A stretch of 64,000 nucleotides of DNA from Candidatus Latescibacterota bacterium. GTDB lineage: Bacteria > Latescibacterota > UBA2968 > UBA8231. Under the pieces are notes generated by a model. The model searched no databases and was not told where the DNA came from. It saw only the letters and a program-made list of their open reading frames with translations. Location: assembly GCA_965197905.1 (NCBI GenBank), contig CBDAOB010000005.1, positions 1,184,001 to 1,248,000 of the forward strand, given 5' to 3'. Position numbers and translations under genes: made by a program. Below, piece after piece: positions 1-9,019 of the stretch; the stretch's first letter is position 1, and each line of letters begins with the position of its first letter.

Positions 1-2
1 AG

Positions 3-668
3 CTGGCGGAGCAGGGCACCATCTTCCTGGACGAAATAGGTGACGTGCCGCTGGAAACCCAGGTGAGACTACTGCGCGTCCTGCAGGAAAAGCAGTTCGA
101 GCGGGTCGGCGGCGAACAAACGCTGAGTGCCGATGTGCGCGTCGTTGCGGCAACCAATCGCGAGTTGAGGAAGATGGTTGAGGAGGGTTCCTTCAGAGAG
201 GATCTCTTTTATCGGCTGGAAGTCATTCCCTTTGTTCTGCCTCCCCTGCGCGAACGCAAGGAGGATATTCCGGCACTTGTGCGACATTTCATGAGCAAGA
301 AATGTGGGGAAATGAACGTACCCCTCAAACGTCTAACAGAGGAAGCGATGAACGGCCTGATCCACTATATGTGGCCGGGGAACGTGAGGGAGCTGGAGAA
401 CGTCATAGAACGCACGATCGTGCTCTCCGACGACGTCGAGATCGGGCTGCACGGCTTGCCACTGGCGTTCGACTCGTCTGATCATAGTGGGGACGCATTG
501 CCCGACGCTGCAATCCCGCTCAACAAGACCCTGGATGACATGGAGCGGAAGTTGATCGAACGGGCGATGCAGGAAGCGAGCCAGGTCAAGACCCGCGCCG
601 CCGAACTGCTTGGCATAAAGACGAGCGCTTTGTATTACAAATTGGAGAAGTACGGACTGGTACAATGA
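3..668 (+). CDS. Sigma54-dependent transcriptional activator (AAA+ bEBP with Fis-type HTH), 5'-truncated by the window
   Basis: Frame is open from the window start: GTIFLDEIGD (Walker B), QVRLLRVLQE, RVVAATNREL, FREDLFYRL, WPGNVRELEN, and C-terminal AAELLGI..SALYYKLEKYG. Confidence 0.95.
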   Translation: MAEQGTIFLDEIGDVPLETQVRLLRVLQEKQFERVGGEQTLSADVRVVAATNRELRKMVEEGSFREDLFYRLEVIPFVLPPLRERKEDIPALVRHFMSKKCGEMNVPLKRLTEEAMNGLIHYMWPGNVRELENVIERTIVLSDDVEIGLHGLPLAFDSSDHSGDALPDAAIPLNKTLDDMERKLIERAMQEASQVKTRAAELLGIKTSALYYKLEKYGLVQ

Positions 669-1639
669 AGAAGAATCGAACGGCTGTTCTTGGGTTGCTA
701 ATTGTCGCCTGGTCGCTCGGGCCGGCGGTGGCCGACCAGATGGAGATTGGCGCTCTGAAGATCGACGCGGAGAGGATGCGCGTTCTCCAGGGAGCGTTAG
801 AGCTAGAACGCGCCGAACTCCGGCTACAGGCCGACAGTCTGTCAGCTCGCATTGACAGTCTGAAAGCGACCGGATCGAGTTCCGATCTGTTGGGCGACGC
901 GCTGCGGTCGTCGCTGGTGCTCGAGCAGGGACTGATGGCCCTGGGCCAGCGGCTGGAAGGGTTACATTCAAGGCAGCGGCAGGTCAGACAGCAACTGCGC
1001 ACCGCGTACGATTGGGAGATCGGAGCGTTGATTCGGCAACTCTCCCAAACCCCCGATCGCGGCCTGCTGCAGCAGCTGATCATCTACCAGGAAGCCCGCG
1101 AGGCACTTGGCGACGACGTGGAAGCTTCCCTCCGCTATGGCGAGCAGCTCGATGTCACGTCCGACGATGGGCCCGACGAAATCAGGCAGAAGGCAGGGCT
1201 CATGGAAGACATGGCCGAGCGGCTCAACAGCGAGGCAGTGGCCGTTGCTAGACGTCTGCGCCGGCTGCAGGAGGAGTTTCGCCTGCAAGCACGGGTACAA
1301 GCATTCACGAATCAGATGAATCTGTTCGACGAAGATCTGCCGGAGGGAAGGGTACTTTTGGCGGTCGACGGCGTCGCCCCCACTGAGGGCGCCGAAGTGT
1401 CGCTGGATGCCTCAGAGCGCAGCGGGTCGGTCGAAACTGCTGCGGTAGTAGCGCGGCGGGAGGTGGCGTTCGGCGATCGCGGAATTCCGTCGGTAGATAT
1501 TTCAGTGGACGATTTGCAGCTGGAAATTCGCAAACTCAAAACCCGGCAACAGGAGCTAAGGCAGCTAGAGGCGCTGGCGCGGGATCGGGCACGGACATTT
1601 CGCACCTACCTCGATCAGCTTTTGACGGGGGCAGAGTAA
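665..1639 (+). CDS. Secreted coiled-coil hypothetical protein
   Basis: Signal peptide MKKNRTAVLGLLIVAWSLGPAVA; several heptad-rich helices; overlaps the activator stop codon. Confidence 0.75.
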   Translation: MKKNRTAVLGLLIVAWSLGPAVADQMEIGALKIDAERMRVLQGALELERAELRLQADSLSARIDSLKATGSSSDLLGDALRSSLVLEQGLMALGQRLEGLHSRQRQVRQQLRTAYDWEIGALIRQLSQTPDRGLLQQLIIYQEAREALGDDVEASLRYGEQLDVTSDDGPDEIRQKAGLMEDMAERLNSEAVAVARRLRRLQEEFRLQARVQAFTNQMNLFDEDLPEGRVLLAVDGVAPTEGAEVSLDASERSGSVETAAVVARREVAFGDRGIPSVDISVDDLQLEIRKLKTRQQELRQLEALARDRARTFRTYLDQLLTGAE

Positions 1640-2703
1640 TGCCAAGGTTGCCGCTTCTTCCGGTAGCTCTGGGGCTTCTGTGCTGGAGCCAACCCGCGTC
1701 CAGCTTCGGCTTGCGCGCAACGGTCGGATTGGAGTATGACGACAATCCGTTCGAGGCCGTCGGTCCCCGACGTGCCGGTTGGTTGAATCGGCTCTACGTT
1801 TCGGCGTCGGAAACTCTGCTGGAGCGACCGAATACAGTGCTGCAGATCAGGCATCAATGGGGCATGAAGCGGTACTGGCGAGCCGAGGATGCGACTGGGG
1901 ACAACGGGGATGTAATGGCCAATCAACTTTATCTCGATGGGTCGCATCAAGTCCATCCGCGGGCGGACCTCTTTTTCGGCACACAACTCAAATCCAAGAG
2001 CGTGCAGCGGGTTTCCAGCGAGGAAGCGTATCTGCGGGCGGGGATACGCGTCGGTCTCAACGCAACGATCGCGCCCGGAATATCGACCAGCGCACGCTAC
2101 CGGCGCGGGGGCGACGATGCCCGGGACGCCGCACTCTCTGATGTTTCGTTGCACGAGGTGGGGTGGGAGACACGCTACGGTCCCACGCGAAAGCTTAGAG
2201 CCAACGTCGGGATAAACCGTCGGTGGCTCGATTACAACCGTCGGGCTATAGCCAGAGATGAATCTGGCGTGTTGCTGGCAACCCCCGTGGACCAGGAGGA
2301 TCGCACGACCGAGCTAAGGGTGGGGCTGCAGCTCTATCGAGGAGCGCTGATGCGGGCACGATACGCTTTCATCGACAACCACTCCAACAGCGCGGGATAC
2401 GGTTATGCATCCCATCGACTCAATTTCTTGGTCGCTCGCAGCTTGGGTCGCGGTTTCGACGGTCAGATATTCTTCACCACCCAGCTTCGCCGCTACGACG
2501 AAGCACGCGCCGAACCGATTCCCAATTTTTCGACGGCAGAGGAGGAATACGAACAATCGGTCATTTCCGTCAGATTGTTTGGGCGGCTGACCGATCGCTA
2601 CGGACTCTCTCTGCAGTACAAACGCTCGCGCAATGGGAGTCTGGCGGACGACGACTCCTATCGGAAAAATGTCTACGCCGTCGGGTTAGACATCAACATC
2701 TGA
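1639..2703 (+). CDS. Putative outer-membrane beta-barrel protein
   Basis: Signal peptide, [10 protein letters not shown]-terminal strand, alternating aromatic/hydrophobic strands, terminal [14 protein letters not shown] coupling to the upstream gene. Confidence 0.7.
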   Translation: MPRLPLLPVALGLLCWSQPASSFGLRATVGLEYDDNPFEAVGPRRAGWLNRLYVSASETLLERPNTVLQIRHQWGMKRYWRAEDATGDNGDVMANQLYLDGSHQVHPRADLFFGTQLKSKSVQRVSSEEAYLRAGIRVGLNATIAPGISTSARYRRGGDDARDAALSDVSLHEVGWETRYGPTRKLRANVGINRRWLDYNRRAIARDESGVLLATPVDQEDRTTELRVGLQLYRGALMRARYAFIDNHSNSAGYGYASHRLNFLVARSLGRGFDGQIFFTTQLRRYDEARAEPIPNFSTAEEEYEQSVISVRLFGRLTDRYGLSLQYKRSRNGSLADDDSYRKNVYAVGLDINI

Positions 2704-3081
2704 TCCGCGAACCTTCTTGGGGTCGGCGAGCCGGTCGGGGATGCCGCGGTGGATTTCCATTGCCGTGCCATGGGCCGCGCCGAACGCCTCCTTCAGGAAT
2801 TCGTAGGCGGGCCACGGGTCGATTTCGCTACCGCACGTGAAGAGATCGACGGCCGCGAAGCCGTGCTCCGGCCAGGTATGGACCGCGAGGTGGCTCTCCT
2901 GGATGGCCACGATTCCCGACACACCGCACGGTTTGAAGGGGTGAAACGATGCCTCCACCACGGTCGCGCCCGCCCCTACCGCCGCCTGTTTCATGCTTTC
3001 CTCGATGAACTTCAAGTCGTCCAGCAGAGCGGCATCGCACTCGTATAGATCTACGAGAATGTGGCGTCCGAGGCTATTCAT
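2686..3081 (-). CDS. speD: S-adenosylmethionine decarboxylase proenzyme
   Basis: [19 protein letters not shown]...[11 protein letters not shown] (self-cleavage site), AAVDLFTCG; start re-set to ATG 3081. Confidence 0.93.
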   Translation of the reverse strand: MNSLGRHILVDLYECDAALLDDLKFIEESMKQAAVGAGATVVEASFHPFKPCGVSGIVAIQESHLAVHTWPEHGFAAVDLFTCGSEIDPWPAYEFLKEAFGAAHGTAMEIHRGIPDRLADPKKVRGSDVDV

Positions 3082-4249
3082 CGCCGGCCCTCGTAAGTCG
3101 TAAGAGCGCGATCTCGGCGGGTGCTCCCACGCGCAATGGAGGCCCCCAATATCCAGCACCGCGGTTTACGTAGATCCAGCACGAGCCGCGTCGGTAGATC
3201 CCTGCCAAATACGGTTGTTGCAGTTTCACGAACAGCTGCCACGGGATGAACTGTCCTCCGTGGGTGTGGCCGGACAGTTGTAAATCGATGCCGAGGCCCT
3301 CCGCACCGATCGCAGTCTTTGGCTGGTGAGCAAGCAGGATTCGAAGATCGGCCGCGGGGGCTCCAGAAACCGCCCCTGCCGGATCCGAGACATGCCCTGC
3401 CGCAATCTCCCCCGCACCGTCGTCGGTGACCCCGACCAGCAAAATCCGGCCATCTCCACGTTCGATAAGTACGTGCTCATTGATCAGCGTGCGAAATCCA
3501 AGACTCTCGATCACCGTCAGCCAGTCATCGACCCCGCTGTAGTACTCGTGATTCCCGGTCACGAAGAACGATCCATGTGCCGCCCGCAGACCGGCCAGCG
3601 GCTGAACATGAGAAGCCAACCGGGCGACCGAACCGTCTGCCAGGTCACCGGTGAAGGCGATGAGGTCGGGTTCGGTCGCCCTCACGGATTCAACGATTTT
3701 CCGTACGAAGCTCGCCTTTATCGTGGGGCCCACATGGAGGTCTGAGATTTGGGCGATCCGGAATCCCACCAGCGCTTCGGGCAGATGGGGCAGCGGTACG
3801 TCTATCTGCGCAACCCGCGGTCTTCTTCGCGCCTGATAAAACCCGTGCGCAAACATCAAGATGGCAACGACCATGACGGCAGGATTGGAGCTGCTTGCTC
3901 GAAACACGTCAGTCTCCGCCGTTACATCGGGGCTCGCGCTGGCAAGCTTCACGATCAGAATCGCAGCATCCCACGCTAACCACGCGAGGTCTCGACTGAG
4001 CAGCAGCAGAAAAGTGAGAACGAAAAACCCCATCGACACGTACGTTAACCAGCAGAACTGGTCATGCCATCGTTTGCCTTGAAGGGTCCGGCGGAACAGG
4101 AGGGTGATTGGTGGCAGCAGGCCGAAACAGAGAACCGCTAAACTCGCGGATAGACGGAGGGTGGACGTGAGTTCCAGGGGGGAGATCAGGCGCCACCCCG
4201 CATAACCATAGACGATGCCAATGAGAGTGAGGAACAGGACGAGAAACAT
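3074..4249 (-). CDS. Membrane-anchored metallophosphoesterase (YkuE-like)
   Basis: N-terminal TM helices; [29 protein letters not shown] motifs. Confidence 0.92.
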   Translation of the reverse strand: MFLVLFLTLIGIVYGYAGWRLISPLELTSTLRLSASLAVLCFGLLPPITLLFRRTLQGKRWHDQFCWLTYVSMGFFVLTFLLLLSRDLAWLAWDAAILIVKLASASPDVTAETDVFRASSSNPAVMVVAILMFAHGFYQARRRPRVAQIDVPLPHLPEALVGFRIAQISDLHVGPTIKASFVRKIVESVRATEPDLIAFTGDLADGSVARLASHVQPLAGLRAAHGSFFVTGNHEYYSGVDDWLTVIESLGFRTLINEHVLIERGDGRILLVGVTDDGAGEIAAGHVSDPAGAVSGAPAADLRILLAHQPKTAIGAEGLGIDLQLSGHTHGGQFIPWQLFVKLQQPYLAGIYRRGSCWIYVNRGAGYWGPPLRVGAPAEIALLRLTRAGDE

Positions 4250-4400
4250 GATTCGGGTCAGCCGGGAAACCTATCATAGGGGAAGCGTCACCAGCCGGCA
4301 AGGCTCAGAAATCTGATGGCCACTCCCGATAACTGAGAGTAAATGGCGTCTGCAGCCGCACGGGCACGGCTCGTAGACAGAAACCTCGGCACTTTCGCGG

Positions 4401-4417
4401 TTGGCACAGCCATTGCA
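4401..4417 (+). promoter_or_regulatory. Sigma54 (-24/-12) promoter
   Basis: TTGGCACAGCCATTGCA matches TGGCAC-N5-TTGCA, about 45 nt upstream of the SIMPL gene start. Confidence 0.8.
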
Positions 4418-4460
4418 ATAAGACTGAGAAAGACAACGCTTTAACGTGGGAGGAAGAAAA

Positions 4461-5165
4461 ATGAAAACCTACATCGCGATAGTTCCGTTGGCAGCTCTCT
4501 TGGGTTGGGGCTGCGAGAACAGGGATACAATCGTTTCCTCATCCGACACGCGAGAGCAGATTCGCGTGGTCGGCACCGCCACCGTGGAGGCATCACCGGA
4601 TATGGCCGAGGTGCAGCTTGGCGTCCAGACCTTCGCTGTGTCCGTGGATCAGGCGGTCGCCGAAAACAATCGACTCACCGATTCAGTACTGAGCGCCCTG
4701 AAAGGGGAAGGAATAGACGACAGCGATCTGCGCACCTCCGCGTTCAGCGTTTTTCCTCAGCGCGACTACAAACGCGAGGGGGAGGCGCAGATTACCGGTT
4801 ATTGGGCGAACAACACGGTGACGGTTACCGTCATGGAGATCGATCGCACTGGCTTTCTGTTGCAGGCCGCGTTGGACGCCGGGGCGAACCGCTCCTTCGG
4901 CCTGTTCTTCTATCTTTTAGACCCGGCACCGGTAGAACAGCAGGCGCGTATGCTTGCCGTCGAAGATGCACGCCGCCGCGCCTGCGATCTTGCTTCGGCA
5001 GCGGGGGTCACCCTCGGTAGGCTGCTAACTATTAACGAGTCGAGATTCGCGGGCGGCCCCGTCTACGCACGGGCGGAAGCTGATCAGGGGCAGGTGGTGC
5101 CGATAGAACCGGGCGACTTGGAGATCCAGGCCCGTGTGGAAGCGGCGTATAAAATAATCGAGTAG
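4461..5165 (+). CDS. SIMPL/DUF541 family lipoprotein
   Basis: Lipobox-like LLGWGC; IRVVGTATVEASPDMA, AVEDARRRA..LA.AAGV.LG, PIEPG motifs; GGAGG RBS before ATG 4461. Confidence 0.88.
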   Translation: MKTYIAIVPLAALLGWGCENRDTIVSSSDTREQIRVVGTATVEASPDMAEVQLGVQTFAVSVDQAVAENNRLTDSVLSALKGEGIDDSDLRTSAFSVFPQRDYKREGEAQITGYWANNTVTVTVMEIDRTGFLLQAALDAGANRSFGLFFYLLDPAPVEQQARMLAVEDARRRACDLASAAGVTLGRLLTINESRFAGGPVYARAEADQGQVVPIEPGDLEIQARVEAAYKIIE

Positions 5166-5195
5166 AGGGCCGTCGGCTTGGGATGCGCTAAGATC

Positions 5196-5384
5196 TCACA
5201 CGTATTCGACGATGTCGGTGGGCAGGCACTTCAAATCGCGGCACATATTTGACAAGGTATACGGGTCAAGATCGTCGGCACCGTGTTCCAAGGTCTTTTT
5301 TATATGTTGGTAGGTGGTCAGGTTAATTGAAGGTTTACGCTCTTCCAACAGCTGTTCGATTATCTCCCTCTTGAAACGGATCAT
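5196..5384 (-). CDS. Small Cro/C1-like HTH protein (YozG-like C-terminus)
   Basis: TLSNMCRDLKCLPTDIVEY resembles the TL.KLC..L.C.PGD..EY motif; AAAGGA RBS; has its own sigma70 promoter. Confidence 0.7.
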   Translation of the reverse strand: MIRFKREIIEQLLEERKPSINLTTYQHIKKTLEHGADDLDPYTLSNMCRDLKCLPTDIVEYV

Positions 5385-5422
5385 GCAGCAAGTCCTTTGA
5401 CTCGATGTGCGGCGCTTAGCCT

Positions 5423-5451
5423 ATTATATCAATATCCGATGTGGTCGTCAA
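5423..5451 (-). promoter_or_regulatory. Sigma70 promoter for the small HTH gene
   Basis: Minus strand TTGACG-17nt-TATAAT. Confidence 0.8.
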
Positions 5452-5496
5452 AAGCGGCACCTGAGCCAGGGATCTGTTTTTTCATAGTTTAGCGCG

Positions 5497-6275
5497 ATGG
5501 AGGTGATAGCTTTCGCACCCAAAAGGTCCAGGCGTCCAGCCGCATGGATCCTTGCCCTATTGTACCTGCCACTTCCTTTGATTTTACTGCAGGAACTGCT
5601 CGGTCAGGAGTTCCTTTGCTCCGGGCACAATCCTCCCAAGCAACTTCCGGGCGCCAACGCCAAGATAGCCGGCACGGTTCCGTCGCCAGCGACAGGCCGG
5701 GTTCATGCGATCGTGATGTCGACCTGGTGACCTTCGACAACTACGGGGCGGATGTTGTGCCCAACTCCGGTGCATCGCCTGGGGCTTCTCGTGGTGAAAC
5801 CGCATTCACCTTCGAGGCGAATCACGCCCCCAGTGATAGACTTCGGGCTTGGAAACGCTGGAGCAATCGACAGTTTGCGTATCCGGTGGCCAGATGGTGC
5901 GCTGACGGAGCGCGCTGGCCTAGGGGTCAATCAGAGGGTCCGACAACAACATCCCGCAGGCGCGACGCTGGTGGGGGAAGAGTTGGATGTTTTGCCGCTG
6001 GTGTTCGAGTTGGCACCGAAACTATCCGAATTCCTCAACAGTCAGACCTCGATTCGGTACCAGATCGGGGAGACGGACTTGGTTCGACTGGCTGTTTACA
6101 ATCTAGCCGGGCAAAGATCAAGCTTCTGGTAAACGAGGAACAGCCGCCCAACAACTATCAAGTAGGGTGGAATGGCACGGATGACTACGGTCGAGAAGCG
6201 GGGAGCGGCGTGTACTTCTACGAGCTGCAGACGAGCAAACGGTCAACCACTGGCCGCATGGTTCTGGTGAAATAG
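5497..6275 (+). pseudogene. Collapsed FG-GAP/ASPIC-UnbV plus FlgD-Ig secreted-protein remnant
   Basis: Fragments spread over three frames: signal-like start, DRDVDLVT, FGLGNAGAIDSLRIRWPDG (ASPIC), broken NYPN.FN, IRYQ..VRLAVYNLAGQ, WNGTDDYGREAGSGVYFY...RMVLVK. Confidence 0.75.
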
Positions 6276-6296
6276 AAGCCGTTGGAAACTCGCCCA

Positions 6297-8996
6297 TTAC
6301 CACGAGGCGCACACTCCCAGCTGAGCATGCGTCTGTTGCCGGCTGACATCTCCAATGCGAATCCCCTTGTCGCCATTGTTGATACACGCATAGTTCATCC
6401 GCCCCACCTTGGAATCGGTCAGCTCCACGCTGTTGATCAATAGCTTCTCTTTGATGACGAGTTGGATCACCACCATGTCGAAGAGTGCTTCTACCACGGT
6501 CCGTCGTCTCACACGCATTTCGGTGGTTTGGTGTTTCTGTGCGTATCCTTTGACCACCACCCGTTGTTGGCTGTAATTCTTGCCCCGTGTCTCGGGCAAC
6601 GCCTCGCAGCTCACGATCGCCCAATCCAGGCGGGGAACCTCCTTGACGAAGAAGGGTTCCGCTTTGTATTTGATCACCTGGGGTACGTTCTCAAAAATCT
6701 GTGGGTGGGAACGTAACAAGGTTACAACCGAATTCAGGTTGGCCTTGCCATCCTTGACGAACCTCGGTAAGCGCGGAACGAGAGCATATGCGATGCGCGA
6801 GCTTTCGGCATTCTGCAGCAACGTCTTTATGCAAGGTTCCTGAAGCTTCTGTTTCCAACGCTTGTCCAATGCGGATCGATCGTCGGGAACGACCGTGATC
6901 CCGAGATACTTCTCCAGGTCTTCGAGGGATACCTGGTAGGTCAACGCATCTAGAATCTCATCCTCGATCTCGTCGTCTTCCTCGACCTGCTGCTCCTTCT
7001 CCCTTGCCTGCATCTGTGCCAGGCGTTGGCGTTTCCGTTGCTCGAGCTCTTCCTTGGCCTTTGCCATGCGTTCCTTGGCGGAAAGCTCTTTGCCTTCACG
7101 GGCAGCGGCGGGTTTGACGCCGCGTTTCTTTTCTTCCTTCTCAGCTTCCTTCGCCAACACACCTTTTTTGCCGCGCTTCTTTTTCTCCTTGCCCTCCACC
7201 GGTGTGAATCCCGGTGTTTCCCCAACCTCGTGTCCTTGGGTCGGGGTGAATCCGGGTGTTTCTTCGACCTCGTGTCCCTTGGTCGGTGTGAAACCGGCCG
7301 TTTCCTCGACTTCGTGTCCCTTGGTCGGTGTGAATCCAGGTGTTTCCTCTACCTCGTGCCCTTCGGTGGGTGTGAACCCGGCCGTTTCCTCGACTTCGTG
7401 TCCCTTGGTCGGTGTGAATCCGGGTGTTTCTTCTACCTCGTGCCCTTGAGTCGGTGTGAATCCGGCAGTTTCCTCGGCCTCGTGCCCTTCGGTGGGTGTA
7501 AACCCGGGCGTTTCTTCTACCTCGTGCCCCTTCGTGGGTGTGAATCCGGCTGTCTCTTCGACTTCGTGCCCTTCAGCGGGTGTGAACCCGGGTGTTTCCT
7601 CAACCTCGTGCCCTTCAGTGAGTGTGAATCCCGGTGTTTCTTCTACCTTGTGCCCTTCAGTGGGTGTGAACCCGGGTGTTTCGTCAACCTCGTGCCCTTC
7701 AGTGGGTGTGAACCCGGGTGTTTCGTCAACCTCGTGCCCTTCAGTGGGTGTGAATCCGGCAGTTTCTTCGACTTCGTGCCCTTCGGTGGGTGTGAATCCA
7801 GGCGTTTCGTCAACCTCGTGCCCTTCGGTGGGTGTGAACCCGGGTGTTTCGTCAACCTCGTGCCCTTCAGTGGGTGTGAACCCGGGTGTTTTGTCAACCT
7901 CGTGGCCTTCGGTGGGTGTGAACCCGGGTGTTTCGTCAACCTCGTGCCCTTCGGTGGGTGTGAACCCGGGTGTTTCGTCAACCTCGTGCCCTTCAGTGGG
8001 TGTGAACCCGGGTGTTTCCTCAACCTCGTCCCCTTCAGTGGGTGTGAATCCGGGAGTCTCCTCAACCTCGTGCCCTTCGGTAGGTGTGAATCCTGGTGTT
8101 TCCTCGGTGTCATGGCCCTGGGTCGGATCGAATCCTGGAGTTCCCTCTTCCCCATCCAGGTCGAAGTCTTCGCTCTCGGGGGAACCCCCTGCCGTCTCTC
8201 CTTCATCCGCCGCCTCGCCCGGCTTGCCATGACCAGAGTAGATATCCTGATTGAACAGAACCCCAGCCTCTTCATCTTCCTCCGCCACCTCCGCCGCATC
8301 TTCATCCGTATCGACTGCCGCTCCGTTGCCGTCGGCGGCAGGTATGTTACCGTTCGCACCTTTTCCAGATTTTCTCTTTTTCGAGCCCTTCTCTTGCTCA
8401 CTCCCGGCAGCCTCGTCCCCATCGTCGTCGCCGAAGAGCCCCTCCTCCGCGTCACCTAACTCGCCTCGGTCCACGTCCTCGGGGTATTCGGCCTCCTCGT
8501 CATTCTCCATATCCTCCGAATCGGAATCGAAGAGTCCGTCGCCGGCCTCATGGTCTTCCTCCTCTTCTTCGTCCTCTTCCACCTCATCGTCATCGTGGAG
8601 GATATCCCGGTCTTCGTCGCCAAAAAACTCTTCGGCGTCCTCTGCGGACAATTCGACATCCTCGAACAGCCCACCCATGTCGCCACCGTCGCCATTGCCA
8701 CCTGCGGCGTCTGCCAAATCGGCCATACTATCCCCGAAGCCCGGTTCGGAAGCGGTGCTTTCCCGATCCACCTCGTGGCCATTTGCTTCCAGCAGACTGG
8801 CGATTTCCTCCGCAAGATCGGGTGCGACTCGGGGTCGCGCGACGATGAGTGATTCGACGGCTTTGTCGTCCGGGCTTTGCGAGTTTTCGTGCAGGGACTC
8901 CACCAACTGGCGAGCATAAACCTCGATGAGGAAGTTCTTTTCTTCCTCTCGAATTCGATTCTCGATCTGCGCGATCTTCTTCGTATTCTTGCTCAC
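6297..8996 (-). CDS. Large acidic low-complexity protein with about 23 x 14-aa repeats and a conserved unknown C-terminal domain
   Basis: Long uninterrupted ORF; likely GTG start 8996 (SKNTKKIAQ); D/E-rich region, repeat array, K-rich/coiled-coil linker, globular C-terminus. Confidence 0.85.
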   Translation of the reverse strand: MSKNTKKIAQIENRIREEEKNFLIEVYARQLVESLHENSQSPDDKAVESLIVARPRVAPDLAEEIASLLEANGHEVDRESTASEPGFGDSMADLADAAGGNGDGGDMGGLFEDVELSAEDAEEFFGDEDRDILHDDDEVEEDEEEEEDHEAGDGLFDSDSEDMENDEEAEYPEDVDRGELGDAEEGLFGDDDGDEAAGSEQEKGSKKRKSGKGANGNIPAADGNGAAVDTDEDAAEVAEEDEEAGVLFNQDIYSGHGKPGEAADEGETAGGSPESEDFDLDGEEGTPGFDPTQGHDTEETPGFTPTEGHEVEETPGFTPTEGDEVEETPGFTPTEGHEVDETPGFTPTEGHEVDETPGFTPTEGHEVDKTPGFTPTEGHEVDETPGFTPTEGHEVDETPGFTPTEGHEVEETAGFTPTEGHEVDETPGFTPTEGHEVDETPGFTPTEGHKVEETPGFTLTEGHEVEETPGFTPAEGHEVEETAGFTPTKGHEVEETPGFTPTEGHEAEETAGFTPTQGHEVEETPGFTPTKGHEVEETAGFTPTEGHEVEETPGFTPTKGHEVEETAGFTPTKGHEVEETPGFTPTQGHEVGETPGFTPVEGKEKKKRGKKGVLAKEAEKEEKKRGVKPAAAREGKELSAKERMAKAKEELEQRKRQRLAQMQAREKEQQVEEDDEIEDEILDALTYQVSLEDLEKYLGITVVPDDRSALDKRWKQKLQEPCIKTLLQNAESSRIAYALVPRLPRFVKDGKANLNSVVTLLRSHPQIFENVPQVIKYKAEPFFVKEVPRLDWAIVSCEALPETRGKNYSQQRVVVKGYAQKHQTTEMRVRRRTVVEALFDMVVIQLVIKEKLLINSVELTDSKVGRMNYACINNGDKGIRIGDVSRQQTHAQLGVCASW
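7190..8150 (-). repeat. Intragenic 42-bp tandem repeat, about 23 copies, encoding ETPGFTPTEGHEV(E/D)
   Basis: Unit tcgtcaacctcgtgcccttcagtgggtgtgaacccgggtgtt repeated head-to-tail in frame, with many synonymous differences between copies. Confidence 0.97.
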
Positions 8997-9019
8997 CGTG
9001 TCGGTTCCAAGGTGTAGGT

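Noticed and set aside
7190..8150. CRISPR array
   Set aside because: Units are contiguous with no unique spacers, stay in frame in a protein, and no cas genes are nearby
7026..8459. Long alternative-frame ORFs (477, 258, 270 aa) over the repeat
   Set aside because: These are by-products of a stop-free 42-bp repeat; the 6297-8996 frame extends well beyond the repeat on both sides
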